A stretch of 63,475 nt of DNA from Patescibacteria group bacterium (GTDB lineage Bacteria; Patescibacteriota; Microgenomatia; 0-14-0-10-38-17): NCBI GenBank assembly GCA_050947035.1, contig JBMNVW010000005.1:1-63475 (forward strand). Direction: 5' to 3'. A program made the translations under genes and the position numbers. The stretch's first letter is position 1; every line of letters begins with the position of its first letter. Positions 47,436 to 54,856 of the stretch are shown here, one piece after another. The notes beneath the pieces are model-generated. The model was not told where the DNA came from. It worked only from the letters and a program-made list of their open reading frames with translations, and ran no database searches.

Positions 47436-47903
47436 TTATACCTCGATGTTTTCTAGGCCCAAATATTCCATGCAAAATAAAAGCTCCTCTGCAGAATCGA
47501 TTTTATGAAAACCATTAAAAATAACCTCAAAACCGCTTTTCTCATCCCGAAAGGTTTTTCTTAAGCCATACCTAGAGCGCAAAGAGTTATCCAGAGATAA
47601 AAAATACCCCCAGGAAGAGCCCACATCATTAATCAATCTACGGATTGTGTTCCCCTTCACATGGCTAACAATAAGAACATAATAATCTTCTCCAAAATTG
47701 CTTTCTAAATAAGCCTTTAAAAACACCCCTAAAACTTCTTTCGAAAAATCCTTGCGGTATATAGCCTTAACAACTTGAGAAAAATTAGTTTTCTTATATT
47801 TCCCTAAAATTGAATATCCCCTTCTGCTTATATCCAAACAAATATTGTCTATCTCGCTCGCACATTCTGGTTTGACTATTAACAAAGAAAGATCTCTCTT
47901 CAT
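47436..47903 (-). CDS. Nucleoside-diphosphate-kinase-fold protein (divergent)
   Basis: LLIVKPE start as in NDK (IKPD), NTIRRL, and NGFHKIDSAEE aligning with N.VHGSDS.E (catalytic His retained). ATGA overlap with the upstream gene. Confidence 0.55.
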   Translation of the reverse strand: MKRDLSLLIVKPECASEIDNICLDISRRGYSILGKYKKTNFSQVVKAIYRKDFSKEVLGVFLKAYLESNFGEDYYVLIVSHVKGNTIRRLINDVGSSWGYFLSLDNSLRSRYGLRKTFRDEKSGFEVIFNGFHKIDSAEELLFCMEYLGLENIEV

Positions 47904-48622
47904 TGTATAATCTTTTCTGGCATAACTTCTTTTATAGAGTTCTTTTCCAAAAGCGTCATCATTAACCTATCGAAACTAATAAATACTCCTAAGCAAGGGG
48001 GAAGCCCTCTTTTAAACTCCTCTAAAAACCCAATATCCAGTCGGGCGTCAGGACGTTCTCTTTTTACCACCTCAAATTGTGATAACAACCTAGAAAGTAC
48101 CTGCTGGTAATCTTCCCCCTTCGCGCTGTGCGTCGAAAATGGCACTATATTTGCTGTCCCCGAATAGGGTGACATTATCCTACTATCTACCTCTGTTAGC
48201 CCATATTGCAGAAGGCTACTTCTGATTATTTCTTTTGCCCTTGCTCTACTTACTAACAATTCTTTAAGACTAAGATCTTCTCCTTCGTAACTCTCTGGCC
48301 TAGAAAACAAATGAAATCCTTCTACAAACAAACTCGTTTGACCACTGTTTGTAGCCCCAAGGTTTCCTACACACCGCACAAAGTCACCAGTTTTAATATC
48401 GAAAGGAGAGTTGTTATCCAAATTTTCAAAGACAATCTGTGTTTGAGTTAAGCCATTATAAACGTCACAAAACATTGTTCACTTATGTTTCCTTACCGCA
48501 ATTACTCTTCCTTCCACCTCTGAGCGGCCAACACCCTCTCCAACCCCTTGATCTTCTGAGCCACCTTGATACACTTCCCTCATTATATGAAGGATTTTAC
48601 CACCAGATCCAACTTTTTGCAT
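47900..48622 (-). pseudogene. LysRS-derived (class IIb aaRS) mini-protein lacking the catalytic core, interrupted by an in-frame TGA
   Basis: The OB fold is split by the TGA at 48479-48481 (..EVEGRVIAVRKHK*TMFCDVYNGLTQTQIVF..). The motif-1 region is LLQYGLTEVDSRIM, and VPFSTHS aligns with RPFITHH. It then jumps to motif 3 (GLPPCLGVFISFDRLMMTLL..SIKEV). About 230 aa of a normal catalytic domain are absent. Confidence 0.6.
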
Positions 48623-48664
48623 ATCTACTAAATGGTTATCAAAATAAACAATAAATATTTTTCA

Positions 48665-48975
48665 CGAAAAATATAACCAGAAAATTGAGACCAAGGCCAA
48701 AAAATATTTAAGAAGAAACCAAATCTTGGTTTGCGGCCATACTCACCTGGCCCAAAAAGACCCCAAGAAAGGTTTTATCAACCTTGGCTGTCTTAATTTT
48801 GGCCTAGGGCAATATTTAGTTGTCGAGGATAATAATTTAAAATTTTACGATTCGGATTATTAGTTTAGAAAAAAAGAGGGGATGCTTATTTAAATACTTT
48901 ACCGTATTTAAATAGTTGGGCATAAATTACTTTCACAAAATTTTTCACAATTTCAAAAAGGAGAATCCTTAAAAA
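48665..48975 (+). repeat. Module copy B: last ~190 nt of a metallophosphoesterase gene plus downstream sequence
   Basis: Aligns with 54428-54740. The fragment reads ..CGHTHLAQKDPKKGFINLGCLNFGLGQYLVVEDNNLKFYDSDY*. Most differences from copy C are synonymous or conservative. Confidence 0.85.
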
Positions 48976-49135
48976 TAAATACCTTATCTTTTACAACACT
49001 AAAAGAGTCCATCAAAGTCTAGACTATGAGACACCGATGGACTATATCATCAAAAAGGGAGGAATGTCGAATATGTATCGAGCCCGTACATAAGCTTTAA
49101 TTTATGACATATTTGTGATAGAATGTGTTTCACAT

Positions 49136-49387
49136 ATGGTAAATCCGGAAATTAAAATTAACCAAACACCTAATCACATAGATATTGTTATTAGGCAAGA
49201 AAGTTCTAGTAAAGCCGCTGTCGTTCATATTCCTTTTGGTGGAAAATCAGCCGAGACAAGTAGGATAGATCACTGGGCAAGCCCCGATGAACTATTTATG
49301 CGGCGAGAGTCCGCCATTGATATTAAAGCACCTATCGAAGAACGACCAAGAGATCATTGGGCCGGACCGGATGAATTGATGAGATAA
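49136..49387 (+). CDS. Small hypothetical protein with a duplicated C-terminal DHWA.PDEL motif
   Basis: 83 aa from the ATG at 49136 (the track starts at the GTG at 49115). Contains RIDHWASPDELFMRR and RDHWAGPDELMR-stop. No obvious SD. Confidence 0.4.
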   Translation: MVNPEIKINQTPNHIDIVIRQESSSKAAVVHIPFGGKSAETSRIDHWASPDELFMRRESAIDIKAPIEERPRDHWAGPDELMR

Positions 49388-49538
49388 TAGAATAATATAG
49401 TGAGATTTTAACTACTTTGCTCCGATTAGGCGCTGAGTAATTTGAGCCATTATGCCCCTAAGCCTAATCTCTTTTTGGTAAAATCAAAGGCTTAAATAAA
49501 GGAAAAAGTAATGCAAAATATGCAAAAAGGTATTTTGT

Positions 49539-50537
49539 ATGATTGATAAAATTTACCCCCCAAAATTATCGAAAGGCGATAAAATTGGTGTAATTGCTAC
49601 TTCAACACCAATCACGACTTTAAAGGAAGGACAAATTAAACAAGGCTATCACTATCTTGAAAGCAAAGGATTTACTGTTATTGAGCATCCTCAGTGTCGT
49701 AAAAAGAAAGATTATACAGCAGGAACAGTTAAAGAACGTGTTCGGGCTATTCACCAATTTGTTAAAGATAAAGAAATAAAATGCATTATGGCTTTTTGGG
49801 GTGGCTTAAACACAAATCAGATATTGGATTATTTGGATTATGATTTGATAAAAGCCAACCCGAAAATTTTTATTGGATATTCTGATACTTGCGCTTTGCT
49901 TCAGGCTCTTACTACAAAAACTGGTTTGGTTACCTATATGGGACCGGCAGTCATTACTTTTGCTAAACCAGACCCCTTCAATTATTCTTGGGAATATTTT
50001 AGCAAAATGTGTATCAAAGACTCAAAAGAAGTTGCAATCAAGGATTCTAAGGTTTTTGCCGACGATCTGTATTTTCTAAGAAAAGACAACGACCACCGGA
50101 TTATTCAAAAAAACCCGGGAATAAAAATATTTCGGGAAGGAAAAGCGCAGGGTTCAATAGTGGCATGTAATCTCTCTACTCTTTTAGCCCTTTGGGGGAC
50201 GGAGTATTTTCCTTTTCTAAAAGAAAAAATTCTTTTCATAGAAGAAGCGGAAGATTTAGATTACCGCTGGATACACCGTTTTATGACCCAATTAAAACAA
50301 ATAGGAGCTTTTAAATTAATAAAAGGTTTGGTTATCGGAAAATTTATGACTGCTTCAAATATTAGCGAAAGTCAACTTTTAGAAATTCTAAATGAAGTAA
50401 TTGGTAAAATCGAAATACCGGTAATCTATGATGCGAATTTTGGCCATACTGACCCCATCTTCACCGTTCCTAACGGTGGAAAATGTAAAATAAATACATT
50501 TTTCAATAAGATTTCATTTATCCAAGACAGAATTTGA
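49539..50537 (+). CDS. S66 serine peptidase (LD-carboxypeptidase / MccF-like), copy 2
   Basis: 332 aa with IGVIATS, IGYSDTCAL, FIEEAED and NFGHTDP. Overlaps the next gene. Confidence 0.85.
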   Translation: MIDKIYPPKLSKGDKIGVIATSTPITTLKEGQIKQGYHYLESKGFTVIEHPQCRKKKDYTAGTVKERVRAIHQFVKDKEIKCIMAFWGGLNTNQILDYLDYDLIKANPKIFIGYSDTCALLQALTTKTGLVTYMGPAVITFAKPDPFNYSWEYFSKMCIKDSKEVAIKDSKVFADDLYFLRKDNDHRIIQKNPGIKIFREGKAQGSIVACNLSTLLALWGTEYFPFLKEKILFIEEAEDLDYRWIHRFMTQLKQIGAFKLIKGLVIGKFMTASNISESQLLEILNEVIGKIEIPVIYDANFGHTDPIFTVPNGGKCKINTFFNKISFIQDRI

Positions 50538-50539
50538 AT

Positions 50540-51778
50540 ATGAGAATATCAAAGGAATCGGAAAAACATTATAATCTGTCCCATTCAGAAGAGATATTGG
50601 GGATAAGAAAAAAACTTGAGGAGACCTTTTTATCATTTTATAAAAAACATGGTTATAGTTGGGTTTCTCCCATTCCGCTTATTCCAGGGGAAATTGATCC
50701 ATCTGTAACGTTTACTGGGGCAACGGTGAATGGTTGGAAGCGATACTTAACAGGAGAAAATAAATTACCAAATAGGGGAATATATACAGCCCAACCATGT
50801 TTAAGAACCCAAAATGCGACTTCAATTTACGATTTTGAAACCACTCCTAAGTTTGGAAGTTATTTCTCAATGGCGGGGGTACTATCACCAGCCGGAAGAT
50901 TACCTGATATTTATCACGAAGCGCTTTCCCTTTTAACTGAAGAACTTGGAGTTGCCAAAAAAGATATTGTGGTTCATATTGCCTCTGACCATGAGGAAAT
51001 TAGCACTTGCGCGAGAGAGGGACCGTACGAGATAAAAATAGAGACCGATCAGATTGGTTATTATAAATGGAATTATGGAATAGAGGGGGTTTTAGGCGAA
51101 GGGTTAACAATAGCCTTATTAAACAAAAGGAGCCAAGAATTTGAAGAAATAGGGAATATTGTGTTAATTAAAAATAGTGGAAAAGCGATAGCAACTGAAT
51201 GGGGATTTGGACTGGAAACAACTACATCTAGACTTTTATCTTTACCACACCCTGTTTTTGCCTCTCCTGTAATTCGATTTATTGAAAAAGATGTTCTTTC
51301 AACTCCTTTGGGCGTTCGTTTGGGAGATTCTCTTGTTGCAATTTCTGCCCTTTTGGCCAATGGAACCGATCTTAATTCCTCAAATCAGAAAGTGGCGAGA
51401 GTTTTGGAAAAATATAAAAGAGGTATTGCCTACCTTGCTGCACTAGAAGAAATACCAGGAACTACGGTAGTAGAAATAATAACCAAGATTGTCAGCTCCC
51501 TCTCCCCCGAAGTTAGGGTATCGCCAGAAACAATAGAACAACTAGTTGGGTATTTTTCAAATGCCGGAAAGAGACAAAATGATTTCCTTAATTCTGTAAG
51601 GGGAATCCTCACTAACCCTGTCTATAGAACTAACCCGGAGCGTGCGGCAAAAAGTCTTCAAAGAACAGCTAAAAATTATGGATTTCATAATTTGAAAGTT
51701 ATTCGGGGTATAATTAGCTTCAACGCCAGGTTATTTACAAAAGAAGATCTTAATTTTTTAAAATGCCTACAAAACTAA
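50540..51778 (+). CDS. Stand-alone paralogue of the alanyl-tRNA synthetase catalytic domain
   Basis: Aligns by eye with the AlaRS N-terminus: IRKKLEETFLSFYKKHGY.. (IRQAFLDFF..KGH), DPSVTFTGA (DPTLLFTNAG), AQPCLRT (SQRCVRA), YFSMAGVLS (FFEMLGNFS), EIGNIVLI (EIWNIVFM), EWGFGLET (DTGMGLER). At 412 aa it has no editing or C-Ala domains. Confidence 0.65.
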   Translation: MRISKESEKHYNLSHSEEILGIRKKLEETFLSFYKKHGYSWVSPIPLIPGEIDPSVTFTGATVNGWKRYLTGENKLPNRGIYTAQPCLRTQNATSIYDFETTPKFGSYFSMAGVLSPAGRLPDIYHEALSLLTEELGVAKKDIVVHIASDHEEISTCAREGPYEIKIETDQIGYYKWNYGIEGVLGEGLTIALLNKRSQEFEEIGNIVLIKNSGKAIATEWGFGLETTTSRLLSLPHPVFASPVIRFIEKDVLSTPLGVRLGDSLVAISALLANGTDLNSSNQKVARVLEKYKRGIAYLAALEEIPGTTVVEIITKIVSSLSPEVRVSPETIEQLVGYFSNAGKRQNDFLNSVRGILTNPVYRTNPERAAKSLQRTAKNYGFHNLKVIRGIISFNARLFTKEDLNFLKCLQN

Positions 51779-52581
51779 CTCCCAAATTCATATACTCCCT
51801 TCCCTACACCGAGTTTGTGGGATTAGTTAACCAATGGAATGTTCCACCCGGGGCTTTTTCTACAGTTAATAAATGGGCTAAATTTGGTAATGTTAATCAG
51901 GATTCAAATGTTTTAGAATTGGGGTGTTCGACTGGATTTTCTTTAAGAGAGTTAACAGCTTTAACTTCTTGTAGGGGTTTAGGAATAGACATTTCTGAAG
52001 CTTCTGTGAAGACAGCCACGCTCAATAAAAATCTTTGTACTCCTGGAGCCAGAATAAAATATAAAAAGATAGACGCTTATAAGTTTCAACCAACAGAAAA
52101 ATTTTCGCATGTCGTTTTTGGAGCAGCTTTAAGATTTTTTCCGAATCCACCCAAGATACTAAAGTTAGCTACTGGCTGGTTGACAGATCCTGGGTATATA
52201 CTTTCATGCGAATTTTACACTATTCAACCAATCCCCAAAAATTTAGTAGAAAAAGCAAAAAAAATTTTTGACATAGAAATTACTCAAGTTGGCTACAAAG
52301 AAGTGATGAAAATCTACCATGATCTGGAATTAATATATGAGGAAAGAAATTCTATTTTTGAGGAGACGGCGGAAGAACTTAGCTTTTATTGTCAATCAAC
52401 TATTTCTAGAGCTTGTAAGCTTCTGAATATTACAGATAAAAAAATATATGATGCCATGTATAAGAGACTCTATGAAATAAAAAATATGTCCAACAGGCTT
52501 CGACCCTATCAAAACTATAATGTTTTAGTCCATCGATTTAGAAAAAAATTCTACCAAAAACGTTTTGTGGAGTTATTCTAA
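51763..52581 (+). CDS. Class I SAM-dependent methyltransferase
   Basis: Motif I VLELGCSTGFSL, a post-I acidic residue (GLGIDIS) and an FGAAL motif IV region. 16-nt overlap with the AlaRS-like gene. Confidence 0.7.
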   Translation: MPTKLTPKFIYSLPYTEFVGLVNQWNVPPGAFSTVNKWAKFGNVNQDSNVLELGCSTGFSLRELTALTSCRGLGIDISEASVKTATLNKNLCTPGARIKYKKIDAYKFQPTEKFSHVVFGAALRFFPNPPKILKLATGWLTDPGYILSCEFYTIQPIPKNLVEKAKKIFDIEITQVGYKEVMKIYHDLELIYEERNSIFEETAEELSFYCQSTISRACKLLNITDKKIYDAMYKRLYEIKNMSNRLRPYQNYNVLVHRFRKKFYQKRFVELF

Positions 52582-52591
52582 AAAAATAAAA

Positions 52592-53119
52592 ATGATATTA
52601 ACTGGCGAAGAAATAAAAAAACAGGTAAAACTTGGGAATATTCATATTAAACCTTTTTGCGAAGAATTAATAAATCCAAATAGTTACAATTACAGAATAG
52701 CTCCTGAATTATTAGAAATTGAGGAGGAAATAATTGATTCAAAAAATCCATACAAGACGAAAACGGTTTGGATGGACCAACAAAGCGGATTTATGCTCAA
52801 ACCTCACCGGCTATACCTGGCAAAGACCTATGAGGAAATTGGCAGTAGAGAATTTGTCACCATTTTAATAGGACGTTCGTCTGTGGGTAGACTAGGATTG
52901 TTTCTCCAAATTACCGCAGATTTGGGTCACGTAGGATGTCAACATTGTTGGACTTTGGAGCTAAAAGTGGTTCAGCCTCTTATTATTTATCCATTTATGA
53001 AAATTGGACAAGTCGGTTTCTGGATAAATTACGGTTCTAAAAATAAAAAATATTCTGGGGAGTACGGAAAATATTCAATTCCCTATCCAAGCAAACTCTA
53101 TAAGGAGCTTAATAAATGA
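52592..53119 (+). CDS. dcd: dCTP deaminase-fold protein (dUTPase superfamily), catalytic Glu present
   Basis: MILTGEEIKK.., NPNSYNYRI, and GRSSVGRLGLFLQITADLG..CWTLELKV, which aligns with GRSSLARLGL..IVLEF of Dcd. ATG at 52592 preferred. Confidence 0.75.
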   Translation: MILTGEEIKKQVKLGNIHIKPFCEELINPNSYNYRIAPELLEIEEEIIDSKNPYKTKTVWMDQQSGFMLKPHRLYLAKTYEEIGSREFVTILIGRSSVGRLGLFLQITADLGHVGCQHCWTLELKVVQPLIIYPFMKIGQVGFWINYGSKNKKYSGEYGKYSIPYPSKLYKELNK

Positions 53120-53631
53120 TACTCACGGGAAAAAAAATTAAGGAGGAAGTAAAAAAGGGTAAGATAGTTATCGACCCCTTTGATGAGAGTAAAATCAACC
53201 CAAACTCTTACGACTTCAGGTTGTTTAATAAGATAAAAATCTATAAAGAGCGAATATTGGATGTCAAAAAAGTGAATGAAGCTGAGGAGGTGGAAATACC
53301 CCCTTCGGGATTTGTATTAAAGCAAGACGTTTTATACCTCAGCTGTACGGTGGAAATTATGGGCAGTAATTTTTATGTGCCAATCATTCGAGGAAGATCT
53401 TCAACGGCAAGGCTTGGGATATTTATCCATATAACTGCCGACCTAATTGATATTGGCTCAATAAACAGGTGGACATTAATGATGCACGCTGTTCAACCAG
53501 TTAAAATTTATCCCTATATGCTAATAGGGCAGGTAACGTTTTGGGTTCCTAAAGGAAAAATAACTTTATATAAGGGTAAATACCAAGGAAGTAAAAAACC
53601 AATGTCATCATTAGCTTATAAGGATTTTTAA
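53116..53631 (+). CDS. dCTP deaminase-fold paralogue with the catalytic Glu replaced (TLMM)
   Basis: MILTGKKIKE.., NPNSYDFRL and GRSSTARLGIFIHITADLIDIGS..RWTLMMHA. ATGA overlap with the preceding paralogue. Confidence 0.7.
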   Translation: MILTGKKIKEEVKKGKIVIDPFDESKINPNSYDFRLFNKIKIYKERILDVKKVNEAEEVEIPPSGFVLKQDVLYLSCTVEIMGSNFYVPIIRGRSSTARLGIFIHITADLIDIGSINRWTLMMHAVQPVKIYPYMLIGQVTFWVPKGKITLYKGKYQGSKKPMSSLAYKDF

Positions 53632-53777
53632 AGAAGTTAAGTTTTTAGTCAATTAGGATTAATTAAATTTGGGGGTCTCTTTAATTACTATAATCAGCAG
53701 CATAGTAATCCAAACATTAGCCATATTCTATCTAACAACCAATAACATCTGCAACTCTCAAGGGGTTAAATTGCTAG

Positions 53778-53820
53778 GTCAAACCCCCACGAGGTCTTTG
53801 ACCCTTTAATCTTTTTCTTA
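53778..53820 (+). terminator. Candidate terminator of the 49.1-53.6 kb operon
   Basis: GGTCAAA-13 nt-TTTGACC followed by the T-rich CTTTAATCTTTTTCTT. Confidence 0.4.
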
Positions 53821-53985
53821 GCCAATTATTTAATCCCCATTCGATAACTCTTAGTTTTTCTTGAGACCGATTTCACTAAAATCCGTCCCTATGCTAGTAT
53901 GTAAAATACTGTTTTCTAAAAACCATTTAGGGCGAGCCCTTATAGGGGGGGCATTAAAATAAACCAAAGACTAAAAAGACTCACT

Positions 53986-54630
53986 ATGAAAACCCTAATT
54001 TTTTCCGATACTCATTTAACCAATAAGCCCGACCCCAAACGAATGGCTTTTTTGAAAAAGATTATCAACGAGGCTGACCGGGTAATTATCAACGGCGATT
54101 TTTGGGATGGAGTGTTTATTAGTTTTGATCAGTTTTTATCTTCCCCTTGGCAAGAATTATTTCCTTTATTAAAAAAGAAAAATACCATTTATGTTTATGG
54201 CAACCACGATAAAAAAGAGCGTTGCGACGAAAGAGTAAGCCTGTTTTCCAACCACCAGGCCGAAAGCTATTCTTTATCTCTAGGAAACAAAACCTTGCTA
54301 ATTACTCACGGCCACAACTTAAATTTATCCTTTACCAAAACAGTCAAAATCTTAAAAATCTGCCGGCCACTATTCCGCCTTGATCATTTTTTGGCCAATA
54401 TTTTGGGCCGAAAATATCTTTATTGGTCAAGAAAAAAATATAATCAGGAAGTTGAAAAAGAAGCCAAAAAACTTTCCCAAAGAAACCAAATTTTGGTTTG
54501 CGGCCATACTCACCTGGCCCAAAAAGACCCCAAGAAGGGTTTTATCAACCTTGGTTGTCTTAATTTCGGCTTAGGGCAATATTTGATTGTTGAAGATAAT
54601 AGCCTAAAATTTTATGATTTAGACTATTAG
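53986..54630 (+). CDS. Calcineurin-like metallophosphoesterase (LpxH/YfcE-like)
   Basis: IFSDTHL, NGDFWD, YGNHD, ITHGH and CGHTH motifs. This is the only full-length copy of the gene whose 3' end is repeated at 43.8 and 48.7 kb. Confidence 0.8.
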   Translation: MKTLIFSDTHLTNKPDPKRMAFLKKIINEADRVIINGDFWDGVFISFDQFLSSPWQELFPLLKKKNTIYVYGNHDKKERCDERVSLFSNHQAESYSLSLGNKTLLITHGHNLNLSFTKTVKILKICRPLFRLDHFLANILGRKYLYWSRKKYNQEVEKEAKKLSQRNQILVCGHTHLAQKDPKKGFINLGCLNFGLGQYLIVEDNSLKFYDLDY

Positions 54631-54740
54631 TTTAGAAAAAAAGAGGATTTCTCGCTTAAATACTTTACCGTATTTAAATAGTTGGGCATAAATTATTTTC
54701 ACAAAATTTTTCACAGCCTCAAAGGGGGAATCTTTAAAAA
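54428..54740 (+). repeat. Module copy C (reference copy: 3' part of the intact metallophosphoesterase gene plus ~110 nt downstream)
   Basis: Homology to copies A and B ends at the same point in all three, just after TTAAAAA (43967, 48975, 54740). Confidence 0.85.
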
Positions 54741-54856
54741 CACTTCAATTTTTCACTTCATTCCTCAAGCCCTAAAACCTAGCTACCTAACCATCTAGCG
54801 AAAGGCTTTTTGTTCCGTTACAATAAAACTAATCCTAAAATTTGAGTTCCTGCCTG

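Noticed and set aside
49064-49093. 9-codon mini-ORF (MSNMYRART) behind a strong GGGAGG as a microcin-C-type precursor
   Set aside because: It ends in Thr, not Asn. SD spacing to the first ATG is only 1 nt. No MccB/ThiF-like enzyme is present. Kept only as a note inside the leader-region finding.
43771-54740. CRISPR array or simple segmental duplication as an explanation of the three repeats
   Set aside because: The repeats are 200-310 nt, are derived from a protein-coding 3' end, lie ~5 kb apart and are diverged mainly at synonymous positions. No short regular repeat-spacer structure exists anywhere in the window.
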